A stretch of 64,000 nt of DNA, from the NCBI RefSeq assembly GCF_964204645.1, contig NC_134025.1, positions 28,686,299-28,750,298 of the forward strand, read 5' to 3'. This stretch comes from Tubulanus polymorphus. Taxonomy: Eukaryota; Animalia; Nemertea. Within the stretch, counting starts at the first letter, position 1; each line of letters starts with the position of its first letter. Shown one piece after another: positions 1 to 12,080 of this stretch. The translations under genes and the position numbers were made by a program. The notes under the pieces are model-generated. The model saw only the letters and a program-made list of their open reading frames with translations. It did not search any database and was not told the origin of the DNA.

Positions 1-41
1 AATAAAGGTCTAATCGTAATAAGAGTAAGTTGTTTGTTTAC

Positions 42-2042
42 CTTCGCTATCATCCAGGTAAAAGTCACGGCATTTACATTTTTCACGTATCTTAGTTTGT
101 TTACATTCAGTCTGACAAGCGGCTACGGAGTATGGGAAATATTTCAGTGTGACAGAATCATCGCATTTACCATACGGAGTCTTTAGATTATTCACCTTGA
201 AAAAACAAACGTTTCTTATTGCAGTCTCGTCCTGGAGACGTGAGAACTTTTTTTAAGAATTTTCTTGGAAATCTTAAATTGAATGAAAGATGATTTAATT
301 CCGAGTAAAAGTTAAATGGCCACCGGTTGAAAAACCATGAAATAAGATAAGATTGAATTTTTATTAATCTTTATGATTTTTCAAAAAGCAAAAAGATTTA
401 AATATTATGTCGGAACTCACCTCTAGAATACTAACTCCAATGAGGGCATGTGTCCCCGGAGAGAGAGCTTGACCTTGATACTTGACCAGCGGAAACTCCG
501 CGGGTGAATGTATAAGTACCTTCAAACCAGCGCCGTCTGACGGACCATCCATGTACTCGTATTGTTCAACATTAATCTGCAATCGAAGCCCCCCACTCGT
601 ACCTAAAACAGAAGGAAGCCGATATTCAGAAAGAAAAGAAACGACCGGTTATAGCATTTTTGGGCGGTTGATGAATTTACCTTCCTGCGTGACCAGTCGT
701 TTCTTGTTCGCGTGATTACTTCTATGATTGAAGGTAAAACAGACGCCGTAATCCGTGACGATTCGTTTGAAATCACTATGTGCACATTCCGAACCAGCCC
801 ACTTGCAACTGCGGATAAACAGGAATCATCTGTTAAATCTTGTAAATCATGTTAAATCTGTCATCTATTGTTCATTCTACCTGACGATGAAGTCGGTTAC
901 GTCGTGAGCTGCAGTATTTAAGATATCACTCATCGTTAAATTCATTTTATCGTGATCTTCATGTTCCGAGTCACTGGCGGCATGTGTCGTATAAAACTCG
1001 TGTAACGTGTCATACAAATTCATCTCGGCTATCTTCGATATTCTACCGGCATAAAAAAAAAATCTTTAGCTTCGTTACCGAATGATGCAGTAACAAAGAC
1101 AAATATACTTGTAAAAGTACTTTCTGTCGTTGAAATTTGTGGCGGAATTGGTTTTTTGAAAGGTCCGATCTCTTACCGAAAATCGTTTTGATTGCACAAG
1201 GTAACGGCCGGAAAACTAAGCGATTCATTATAGTTTACTTTGACGTTGACAGAAACTGGTCGATTGAAGAATAGGATGATACTATTGATGGCCTGAATAC
1301 AGAACAACGTTAAACCGGCCAGAACTATCATTCCCCAAATCATCCTGAAAAATTAATATTCTAGCCTTTTGAAATGAATGAATGACGGGGTATTCTCGGA
1401 AACGAAAAGTAATACTCAATTTCAGCAGAGTTGAGTTTTGTTAGATTTTTGTTTTTATTTGTTTGAAGTCGAATGATTAGAAATTAACTAATCTTAACTC
1501 AAAGCTTATTATAAAAAAGGACTCAAACCGAGGCCTCACATACTCCTAGCTTACCGACGAATAAAGTACGGTTGAGCCTCTGTTACACGACTCAAACCAT
1601 GCAAAGTTGTATTCTCTGTAAAATCCTTCACCATCTTCAAACACGCACTACCAGATTCAGTTGCATCCTTTTCAACCGTTTCCATGTCTTCGGCTTTCAG
1701 ACAGTTTTCCGCTTTACTAGAAACATCGTCCTTGACGTTTCTATCATTCTTATTCTCATCCGATATTTCTTCGAAACCATCATCAGTTTCTGCAGTAATA
1801 TGTGTCGTCTCAAAGCTACTGTCAATCTTAGAATGAACATCCTCGTTTGAACTTTCATCGAGAAATTCTCTTTTAGACGTGGCTTCATCTTCACCATTGT
1901 CAGTATGGCCCTCGCTATTTACGACATTTTCTTCAACAACAACGCATTCCTCAGAAATGGCCATGTCTATTTTACATGTATCCACCACTGATTCTTTCGC
2001 TTTATTCATCTCTTTATTCTCACTTTCATTATCGCTACACAT
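42..2042 (-). CDS. DEG/ENaC family (acid-sensing ion channel-like) sodium channel, 3' part outside window; exons 1555-2042, 1177-1344, 881-1042, 681-808, 421-602, 42-195
   Basis: Phase-consistent GT-AG splicing gives the HG gating motif (ENTTLHGLSRV), TM1 (MIWGMIVLAGLTLFCIQAI), FPAVTLCNQN, YGVCFTFN, GLRLQINVEQYEY, GLKVLIH and the Cys-rich thumb (YSVAACQTEC...CKC). Confidence 0.93.
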
Positions 2043-2795
2043 TTTGACACGATCAGGATGTCATCTCAGCAATAAGCCGAGCTCAACTGACCAAGTCAAC
2101 AATTTGTTGCGATCCTGCACCTTTTCCTATCAATAATTCAAAATTTAATAAGATTAGATGTGATGAATTTTGTTGAAGTGTTATATTCTGACCCAATAGC
2201 TAATAGGTTCGTCGGTTGAATGACCAGTACTAATTGATTTGTTTATCAGGCAGTTTATCCTTTTGGGAGTAATGCATTCACATTTTCACAATGGAATGGA
2301 GATATGCAATTGTTCAATTCATTTAGATATTAGTAACTTCAACTTAATTTTCTCAATTTTGAAATGGACTATTGGTATATGGAAAATGACACAGTAGACT
2401 GAATTTAGTAAAGGTTCTGTGTGCTATTATATTTCACTGTTATTGAAAGGTTTTGAAAGCACTATTCGTTGGATCAGCAATTCTCTCTTTATCATCAACC
2501 TTATGAAACCACATTTCAACACGTGGTAATTTATTTTTCTCACTTTTTAAAGTTATGGTTCGCCATTATCGTATAGGAACTGCACATTTCCCCTCCTAAA
2601 TCATCATAGCCTGTTAGCGGTAGACAAATGATAGATATTCATTCTTTTCTTCTGTTTGATAGATATCGATTGACAAAGAAAGTGAACATGATCATAGAAT
2701 GGGTAAATGAAAGTTTTATTCATATATTACGACTATACCAAGAATGATAAATATATGGAAATCTGCGTTCTTTAAGTAGTACACACAACCGGGCT

Positions 2796-3751
2796 TTACT
2801 TGTCAGACATCATTGCTAAAAATTCTGAAAAAAATACCGTAATTATACTCAACAGCGACAAATCAATTTGATAGTCATATCACTAAAACCTCATCCATTT
2901 AACAGCACAATGCCGCTTTTGTCAACTACGAACCTTCATAGTTTATTTTGCCGTCACCGTCCAGATCAGCTTCTCTTATCATTATTTCGACCTCTTCTTT
3001 AGATATCACTTCACCTGAATTATTTTCAAGGTAATCAACAAACATCATGACACGAATCGGGAATTAGAAAACCATTCTCAAGAAATAGCAGAACATAATA
3101 CCTAATCCATCCATAACAGACCGCAATTCAGTCGGGGTAATGAAACCATCACCATTTTGATCAAATATTTTAAATGCAGCCTTAGCTTCTTCAGCCGGAG
3201 ACATCTTTTTACATTTCAGAACCATGACGTTGTAAAACTCATCGAGTTCAATAGTTCCATTCCCTAAAATATTCAATTACGCGTCGTTGTGGTTTCAAAT
3301 GGTACTAAACGAATTAAGAACCGATTTAGATTAAACTTATTCGTCAGGAAATAGATATCGACTTTCTGTACTTGGGAAACCTGCAACACCTACCATCTTC
3401 ATCGACGGATCGTATGATCGCCTGTATCCTTTCTTCGGTCGTATTTTTACCCAACGCCTTGAACACCTCCTCCAATTCTTTTGAAGTTATCTTTCCGTCG
3501 TGGTTTTTGTCAAACATCTTAAACGCATCTTCATATTCTATTGAACGAGAAGCGATGTAATTTATCAAGATCGTTTAAATTTCGACGTAAGTTAATAATG
3601 TTATGTGTTTGAGTGTAGCAATGTAATATTCAGGACAATGTCAGATTAAACTGTAGAATTGAGTTATTTGACCCACAACCGCGGAACCGTGGCCAGATCG
3701 AGGAATTGATTACATACCTGCTTTCTGAGCCGGAGTTAATTCATTCGCCAT
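2796..3751 (-). CDS. Calmodulin-like protein 1 (149 aa, four EF-hands); exons 3718-3751, 3394-3537, 3102-3263, 2934-3014, 2796-2824
   Basis: Spliced product [17 protein letters not shown]...EFLAMMSDK is the same length as calmodulin. It has four canonical loops ([48 protein letters not shown]) but is clearly divergent from true CaM. All introns are GT-AG. Confidence 0.93.
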
Positions 3752-4498
3752 TTTGAATGTCTACAAATACAATGTATATCTAATACATTACTTATTTTTA
3801 GTATTGTACAATAAAAAGAATTGGTATGTTTTATACGTGTCCAGCTGCACCTGGTAATAATACAACTCATCTATGCAATACCATTTCCAACATTTCATTA
3901 GCCAATAGCTGATATGTATGAACATGGAATATGCATATGGATATTAGATTATCATGAAACCGTGGGATACTTTTGAGACACTGTTTTTCGCTTGGAATTA
4001 TGAACAGAAATGTCTGCGCCAGATGTTGCCCGTGTTAATATCGGTTTATTTATTTCGCGTTTTGTTTCATTTTTAAATTGTAAGATGACCGCGCCTCGTA
4101 TTCTCATGTATAAAGCGTTAACGATTCAATATTCACGTGGAACTCTGTTTTAAAATACTTTAGAATAATGAATATAGATAAATAAATAGGCTTAATTTGA
4201 ATCAGTAATCATTCATTTAGAGAAAACACAGTTTAGAGAACTCGTTCCCCACGTATATAATGACGTATTTCGTTGTAGTCTTTGATGAAAAATAAAAACC
4301 ATTTCAGGACCCCTAACTACAGTTCCATTTTACCGTTATAAAACCATATAAACATAAGCCCAGATTGCCACTTTTAACCATGCCGGATAGAATTTTGCAT
4401 TGCATATCAGGCGAAGATAAAACGCGAAAAATATAGTTTCCTTAAGAAGAAATTATCATACGTAAAACTAAAAGAATCAATTCGTCAAATTAAAATAC

Positions 4499-5133
4499 CT
4501 GGGTTAATGCCTTTGTCGCCTTAAACGTCTGTTATATCTGTCTGCCTGATGGAAACTACAAGTGCTTTGAAACATATGCTTGTTAAACAGTACTCGATAT
4601 ATATATGACACCGAGTTTTTTCGATCATTGCAAATAATTCATGCAGCTGGTTGAAAAAAAACCACAATTGCTCTACTGAACGTGAAACATGTAGAGATTT
4701 GATTATTCGGCAAGATTGGCAAGCCAGCATTTATTACCCGGATTTCCATTCATTCCGGTGTACGCAAGCAGACGGATCACTAACACCCATATCCGATGCT
4801 AACTGGATAATTATCATACATGCATATAATTGCATTTATAGAAAAGGTTAAATCTAATAATTCTGCTCATGGGTTACAGCTCAAACTCTATATATATGAT
4901 AAAATTTTCTATATCCAAACCGCCTGAAAATGTGTTCAATCTCAATCTAGAAATGATGTATACAAAGCCTCATTAAATATTCATTTTCAAAATGTTCAAA
5001 AATTGAATGAAGATTAGGTCATTTATAAGCACAATATTTTTTTTCCCCCGATCAAGAATATGAACATCTCACCTGATTTCTGCCGCAACTACAACTCGAA
5101 CCGTAGTGGCAGGATATGGCGTCTTTATTTATA
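4499..5133 (-). promoter_or_regulatory. Two candidate non-coding first exons/promoters of calmodulin-like 1 (donors at 4498 and 5072)
   Basis: The ATG at 3751 follows an acceptor (tatttgtag). On the minus strand, CAG|GTATTT at 4499 lies downstream of a TATATATA run (about 4597-4606), and CAG|GTGAGA at 5073 lies downstream of TATAAATAAA (5124-5133). Confidence 0.45.
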
Positions 5134-7077
5134 CCCGTACAAACATTCAGTATGAATATATATAAATGGACTTTAATGCAAAGGGTCGGGTACCATAATC
5201 TTTACAAGGAAAGCTAATTAAACAATAAATCTGTCTTTGAAGACTCCACACATGGTGCCATAGTTTTGAAACGCCTTGTTATCACAATTTGTACCAGTAT
5301 ACACGTTCTCTAGTCATGCGCGTATAACCTGTTATTTTCGTGCGCATTTAACATTAATCAAAAATTTCTAAATGACAAAAAGGAAATCATTTTCAAATAA
5401 ACTAGTCTGGGAACGAAATGGCACGATTTCAATGAGACTGTTAACGTTATATTGTATAAAAATACAATCAAGTTGTTAATATTCTCTCACCAGTTTAAGT
5501 GGCCTGATACTTTTTCGACGTACATTGACAAAAAAAACAACATTTACTTACTCTTTAACAAGAGAAAGAAGTATTTCCATACTAACCTTGGAATTATGGA
5601 TGTAGTAGCACTTTAGTAAATCACGGAAATATAGTTCTGCCTAATCGTCAACCTTTATGTTGCAGTACAGAGTAATTTTCTTGTCGTGGCGATTTATTCC
5701 GTTCTACATACGTGCATACATTCCAGCTCTTTAGCGTCGACTATAGAAACATGCCCGAATCTGAGTCGTCATATCAGTCATTTATATAACGTGTGCGATC
5801 ATGACTCTATTATCTTTAAAAAAAACCACTAGGCATGTTTGTATTTTATATATGACGGTCATTTTTTTTATATCGAACGATGTTGACTTTTCGTCAACGA
5901 CTTTTTAAATCGCATTGACAAGTTCTACCGTGTGTTGACTCATCATTACCAGTGATATTTAAACGTGGCCCGTTTAGAACGGGTTTTCAGCCGGCGCAAA
6001 TAAACAAACCATATTCAGTCGTAAAACACCCAATCAAGTTGTTATGTTTTGTTCATCTTTTCTAAAACGTACAAAGTCGGCAATTTTTCGGGAGTGATTT
6101 TATTTCTTGTACGCCTACTTATTCCGTAGTGTAGTCCATTCACTACTACGTCAATTATAGCTTTCGTAGCAATAGAATTTAAGTTACCAATGGCTATATT
6201 GATAAGTGTCACATCACGATAGACTAGGCGCTCTGAACGGTCGAATTCTAGTTGTAAATTTTCCAGCATACGGAATATTTCTATACTTAATATCTATAAC
6301 CAAGCACAATCTTGTCAAGATCACCACAATTCGTGTCTTTGTTTAAATCAGCGACACTTCAGTACGATGAGCAATGAATTATCATTCAACTCAAAAGTCC
6401 GTCCTAAATTGCGAAATTGCGAATTGCGAAATGTTCGCACTTTTTCTACATGACAGATGGATTATAAAATGATTATTGATGACTCGATAATTAGATACTT
6501 CGATGTGATTATGTAATTATAAATTCTCGCCGTCAGACCCTGATATCATAACTTCAATTTCGGCGTAGAACCCGGCAACGCTAAATAGATATAATATCAA
6601 AAGATCCAAAATCAGATTTCCATCCATAACAGCACGAAGTTTGTATCTGCATATCATAGATAAATATAGAATATCGAGTTTGATGTAGCTGGTTACGGTG
6701 TAGGAAGTACATGACGTCAATTTGAAAAACAAATGATATCTGGTGTGAGGGGAAATGTTGTACAGTTGTTACCGCGTCTAGATAACAGGTTTTTCATCGT
6801 TTCCTATGACCTCCACCGTTCAGAACGAAAGGATGATCTAATTGTATTCAGTGCTGTTTTAATCAGGTTATAAGTAAAGAGGACCACCGAAAAGTGAACC
6901 ACAAGATTATAGCATAACGAATAACGATTTATTACGTAACGAATATCAGCACCCATTAAACGATGTAAAGCTAGTTTGATTTATAGATTTGCAGTCCGTC
7001 AAACTTTAAAAATTCTGGAAAAAAAGTAAAATAGTTAGTAATAGTAAACGAAGAAATTGTAATCATTTGAAGCAGAA

Positions 7078-7799
7078 CATCCTCGCTTGGCAGGGTATTA
7101 TTGCTTTCCGCCGAATCCCACGCCAACACAAACCCTGGCCGCACCTCCTTCTTTGTTGGTCTATTACAAGATTTCTTGAAGGAGGTAATAGGGAAGTTTC
7201 CAGTTTCCAGGCGCCATTTTAAGGCGGTCCCGCGGGTCCTGCAGAATTTAGAAAATTGCCATGAAAATAGCGTAATACGCGTATGCAGAAAAATCCACGG
7301 TCAACCACTCGCGTGCGCTTTGCGTTTGACTCAATCGGTGGCCAAGCGCGTTTCCTATGAAGATATTTTTAAGAAAGTAGGATCAACAAAATCCTCAGAT
7401 AAAACTCTTCTTTCTTCAATGAAAAATTCTACAATCTCAAAACATGAAAAAGTAACAGTCAATAACACAAAATTATCAATCTTTTTGAGGCGCCTTCCTT
7501 AAAGTGACGTATATTTTTTAAACTGTAACTGTATCCGATTGTTGCAGCTGAGAAGAATAAATTAAACACCATCATAAAATAGAAATTGTCACTTTCTAAC
7601 GATACATGACTTAAATTTTTGAAGCAAAAGAAGGATGGACTACAATGAATCGCGCTAAAGGTTTTAGTTTAAAAAATGTGAAAATCTGTCCAATAATGCG
7701 GGGCCTGTGGGACCGCATCAAAATGGCGCCTGGAAACTGGAAACTTCTCTATCAACCCTGGTAACCGAGGATGACGCAGAACCCTGGCAAGTGAGGATG
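7078..7799. mobile_element. Non-autonomous DNA transposon/MITE with nested inverted-repeat pairs in the last intron of calmodulin-like 2
   Basis: Inner IR of about 60 bp: atagggaagtttccagtttccaggcgccatttt... (7188) versus ...aaaatggcgcctggaaactggaaacttctctat (7752). Outer IR: catcctcgcttggcagggt (7078) versus accctggcaagtgaggatg (7799). No transposase ORF. Confidence 0.75.
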
Positions 7800-8113
7800 A
7801 CGCATACGTGCCTGTATAGTCTATTCTACCATCAGCGTTGACATCCATTTCTTGTATCATTTCTCTTATCTTGTATCCAGGAACGTCTTCACCTAAGTGC
7901 ACGATCAATTAATATTAATGTATATACCGTAAACAACGCAGAATCCGAGGAAATAATTATACAATACCTAATGCTTTCATAGCAGACCGAATTTCATCTG
8001 CAGTAATATAACCATCACCATTTGCATCGAAAGTTTGGAACTGAGCTAAGACCTCGTCAGACGTTATTTGATCCAATTCTTTCAATACCGTCGTGGACAC
8101 AAAATTGTAGGGT

Positions 8114-8703
8114 TCAGAAGGCAGGTATGTATCCTAAACAATTTCTCATTCTGTGCTGTCCCGTTGCTACAGAGCCGTCATAACAGGGGCAGCCAAAGCC
8201 GATCCACTTTTTTTGCATAACCAAAAATATTTTTAATGCTTTTTCAAAAGCTCGCTGCACCACGTAGCAGCTCGTCGTTCTCTGTACTAGGTGATTGCTC
8301 ACGACCTCTCACGCTTCTGTGAATGAGACCGTGAAATGGCCCCAAAACGCATCTCCGGCGATTGACCCGGCCCCCACACCCCCCATCGCCAAAGGGAAAA
8401 AGAAGCGCCAAATTTCCTTTTGAAAAGTCCGTTTAGGTGCGACAACATTATCCGCCAAAATGGACTTTTCAAGGAAATTCGATATTTTTCGTTGTTTTGG
8501 CGGGAGCGTCAAAACGAAAGTTTGTTTTGGCGACAAAACACCGATGTATATCGAGATGGGAACCATGTATATCGAGATGGGAACCATTGTTTGATTCGAT
8601 TTATAATACATTGGCTACATGCATCAATTTATATACAATGAACCATAGCAACGGGACAGCACAGGATGAGAAATTGATTAGGCTAAACATACCTGCCTTC
8701 TGA
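8114..8703. repeat. Inverted duplication of about 56 bp of the calmodulin-like 2 exon1/intron1 junction (8114-8169 versus 8646-8703)
   Basis: tcagaaggcaggtatgtatcctaaacaatttctcattctgtgctgtcccgttgcta matches the reverse complement of 8646-8703 with few differences. Confidence 0.9.
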
Positions 8704-9040
8704 GTCGGAGTTAATTCATTCGCCATTGAATATCTACAAATATATACATGTAGTACATCAAAGCCGTCGGAAGGGATTTTTCAGTGGCGAGGCTCATTTC
8801 CGAATGTGGGTGTGGGGGCCCTACCCCCAGAAAAATTTTGAAAATTCGTTTGATTCGGAGATGCGTTTTGGGGGCATTTCACTGTCTCATTCACAGAAGC
8901 ATGAGAAGTCGTGAGCAACCACCTAGTACAGAGAACGACGAGCTGCAACGCGGTTTTGAAAACGCATTAAAAAGATTTTGGTCAAGCAAAAAAGTGGGGC
9001 GGTTTTGGCCGCCCCTGCCGCCCCTTCTCGACGACATCTA
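8170..9040. mobile_element. Two oppositely oriented copies of a short interspersed element (8170-8356 and about 8759-9040), probably a non-autonomous hAT-like transposon
   Basis: 8170-8356 is the reverse complement of 8857-9030 (shared gcagctcgtcgttctctgtactaggt...cttctgtgaatgagac...caaaacgcatctcc). Degraded TIRs: caaagccgtcggaaggg / ccccttctcgacg. The superfamily call is inference. Confidence 0.65.
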
Positions 9041-9786
9041 ATATATACTTACCGGGTATTAGAATATTAGAATAGAAACAATGCAAAAATGCTCTATACC
9101 TGGCCAGATACAGCATACTGACGATCAGCGCGATACAGGCAACCATGATCTCACTTTGCTGAGCTTTCTCTGAAGACAACAGCTGTTGTTCGATGCGACC
9201 TGTCACGATTAGTACGTTTTCCCTCCACATACGATTTTGCAATTACATTAACATAAGAAAATCTATGGATCGATATCCTTGATTATCTGCGTTCATCTTT
9301 GTAGAACTTCATAAACATATATCTTTAAATTATAATGGAAAATATAATTGAAAATAATTTCCGGAGGAAGTATCATCAAATATTGACGATACGCGGATAA
9401 CAAATAGTGTGCGCCATTACGCAGTATTATTCATTGTATATATCGAGTTGCAGATAGTGGCCATTGTTTGATTCCGGGCTACAGCGACGAATTGGGACAG
9501 CGGTGTTGATTGGGTTACATCTCCCTTCTGAGCAGGGGTTATTCAAAAAATATTTAAAAAAAAAACAAATTCACTGTTGCATGTATATGTTGTACGCCTC
9601 TCTAAACGATGAATATGAAGTTGAAAAAAAAACGATAAACTTGATTGAAATTCGCATTTATCTGGTGGTAAAATCCTTGTAAAAATATCGTATTAAACAA
9701 TAAACTGTACAATTATCAAATTTGATAGTTTATCTTCATGGTAAAAAGTGTGTCCTGCAGTATTATTATCGTAGGAAATACTGTTT

Positions 9787-10893
9787 TCAAAATTCATAGT
9801 TTTTTCTTTTACTATAAACATCTGCATCGTTCAACACTTCGGTTATGTTAATTCGTGCGGGTATTAAATCGCTAATGTGGAACTCTTTCAGTATTTTGGC
9901 CGATCGATACCAAACATGATCAAACGTATGAATGGTATAGGCGCCAGGAGACACTTGGAATTGTTTGTATTGCAGTCTAGCGATCTGAGCACAATATTTA
10001 GACTTTTTTGGTCCTTTGCATTTATTCTCGCAGACCTTTTTCAAGAACTTATACGATTTTATATTATAATGCGGCACAAATTTATACCACGGAGCGCAAT
10101 ATACCGAGTCGCACGGTTTAACCAGTTTTCCTTTGTGTTGTTGTTCATATTCCTTAAACACCTTATCAAGCATCATCGGTCCCGCAACGTGTAAAAGATT
10201 TTTCTCTTTCGAAAATAACGGTAGGTCTTTTATAATCTTTTTAAGAATAGGATGACCGGATACTGACATCATTATAGCATTCAGCGGAACTCTGATCGTG
10301 TTCCACACAATATGCGTATGGACGGGATGATCTTCCGGTATCAAAAACGTATGTGCGAGTGACAGTGAATCGAATGAACGCAAAGATTCGACATCTAAAT
10401 CAGCATAAACTCCTCCGAATTCATGCAGAATAAAATAACGTATGGCATCCGCTCGGTTTATTGCTTTAGGATACTTTTGAAACATGTTCAGATAATCGGG
10501 AAACCGAGTTCTTATAAACTTTTCCGCGTGAGCATCCGTCCATAACCAATATTCCCAATCAGGATGCTGTTTGGCAAGCGAGCTTATAGTTCTATTGAAT
10601 TGACCGGGAATCATTTCAGTTCTCCATGTTTGGTGTATTCGTTTAGGTACACGTTTCGAACACCGACCTCTTTCCGTAATAAAATCCACGGCGTGTAACT
10701 GTTCGTAAGCTTCGGCTAAATCACCGTAGTAAACAGGAGGGCGTCTTATTATCGGCAGTTTACGAACTTCTTTCAGTCCAAATACACGAAGATTTAGTTT
10801 TTCCGTCACTAGACGCGTCGTATTGTATCCTAAGAGGAAAAACACACACCCATAACAGATCACCCGAAACATTCTCTTGATATCAGCTTTCAT
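9787..10893 (-). CDS. GT32-family (DXD sugar-binding; Och1/Sur1/A4GALT-like) type II membrane glycosyltransferase, single coding exon, about 368 aa
   Basis: N-terminal TM anchor, VPKRIHQTW, WEYWLWTD, RADAIRYFILHEFGGVYADLDVE, NAIMMS..HP, GPMML, H..DHVW. An acceptor (ttttcttcag) just before ATG 10893 and a UTR donor at 10990 favour this start over 10929. Confidence 0.92.
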   Translation of the reverse strand: MKADIKRMFRVICYGCVFFLLGYNTTRLVTEKLNLRVFGLKEVRKLPIIRRPPVYYGDLAEAYEQLHAVDFITERGRCSKRVPKRIHQTWRTEMIPGQFNRTISSLAKQHPDWEYWLWTDAHAEKFIRTRFPDYLNMFQKYPKAINRADAIRYFILHEFGGVYADLDVESLRSFDSLSLAHTFLIPEDHPVHTHIVWNTIRVPLNAIMMSVSGHPILKKIIKDLPLFSKEKNLLHVAGPMMLDKVFKEYEQQHKGKLVKPCDSVYCAPWYKFVPHYNIKSYKFLKKVCENKCKGPKKSKYCAQIARLQYKQFQVSPGAYTIHTFDHVWYRSAKILKEFHISDLIPARINITEVLNDADVYSKRKNYEF

Positions 10894-12080
10894 TCTGAAG
10901 AAAAATTCAGATAACAATTCATACAACATATAAAAAACACATCAAAACTAAGACGAACTATCTATAAGTTATGAAATGGTAATCGCTTACTCGAAAAACT
11001 ACTGAAGTTGGTGTATCGAATATCTGCACAATGTTCTTTTTTCGGAAAGACTCAATTTCCTCAGTCAACTCGTTACGGTGTCAATCGTATCATGAACGTA
11101 TAAACTATAGTTTATATATCCAGGACCGTATCGATCGAGTAACAAGACGCACAGTATTGAAATGACATCTTCGTCCATATGATAAAAGTAAATCTAGACT
11201 TTTAGATTGAAGATGTAGCCTAAATTTGATATCATTCAAAATCTATTTACCTGATATACATGGCATCTGTACATTTGTGCATACATACAAATAGAAACAC
11301 GATTTATGGGTCTGTTTATTGATGTATCCAACTGACGTATCAACGTATTGTCCACTTCGTATATATATATATATAAATAGTACTGCTTCTACCTAGCGGA
11401 CGCACGGGTCATAAGCCCAGTACGCAATTGTTACAACGCCGCATTACTTATTAATGGACAATGGTTTGAATAGTTCCACACGTTACTCATTCGAAACAAT
11501 CCAGATCGCTTGAATCATTTAAAGCTCCATAAGAGGACGATTGACTGGATCAGAACTTCAAGGGATTCTTTCATCCTTCTAGACGTGCCAAACAGATACT
11601 GATGATTTAGTGAATGACTGTACGAACGAGTTACAACTTTTAAGATGTAGATTTGTTAAAATTAAAGATCATATTTCATCTTTTCCTTGATTCACAAGAA
11701 TTTTGACTCGTGTTTGTTTCTCTTTGAGACGCTGCCGTTTGGAGCACTGAAAAAAGGTCACATCATTTTCGACAAGAATCGTCTGTTTCGAGGTCAAAAT
11801 AAAACTCCTTTTTGTCGCGGTTTAATTGGTTTTTCCGATCGAGCTGAAAGTTTGGTGATACGTATGTATCTAAATCGGTTAAAAATTACAATTATATGTT
11901 TCTAATTGGCGTTGAGACGCTAATTATCGGCTAATTGGATGGATTTTAAATATTTCACCGACATTTAACGTGTATGAAATTCTAATCGTCGTATAAAATA
12001 TTTGAATCATTATTTTATTTCGATTTATTTTCAAACCAATTTCTATTGCGTAAGCTGCGTTATGATCGTGTTGTGACCAG

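Larger units (their letters stand above)
6971..8726 (-). pseudogene. Calmodulin-like 2, rearranged: exon 1 (8693-8726), truncated exon 3 (7968-about 8100), exon 4 (7812-7892), exon 5 (6971-7014); exon 2 and EF-hand 2 missing. Pseudogene or C-lobe-only protein
   Basis: Exon 1 (MANELTPTQKA) is nearly identical to paralog 1. EF3 DANGDGYITADE and EF4 DVNADGRIDYTE are intact with the same intron positions. No EF1/EF2 sequence lies between 8100 and 8690. The exon 4 donor is GC. Confidence 0.75.

Noticed and set aside
7101-7502. 133-aa ORF inside the intronic inverted-repeat element as a transposase
   Set aside because: TTG start, no DDE or DNA-binding motif; a chance ORF in a non-autonomous element.
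8544-8586. 21-bp direct repeat atgtatatcgagatgggaacc twice, considered as CRISPR-like
   Set aside because: Only two adjacent copies, no spacers, eukaryotic context; a simple tandem duplication.
9787-10893. Horizontal transfer of the single-exon GT32 gene from bacteria or fungi
   Set aside because: It has a type II anchor, a spliced 5' UTR and host-like composition, and single-coding-exon Golgi glycosyltransferases are common in animals. Only a phylogeny could revive the idea.
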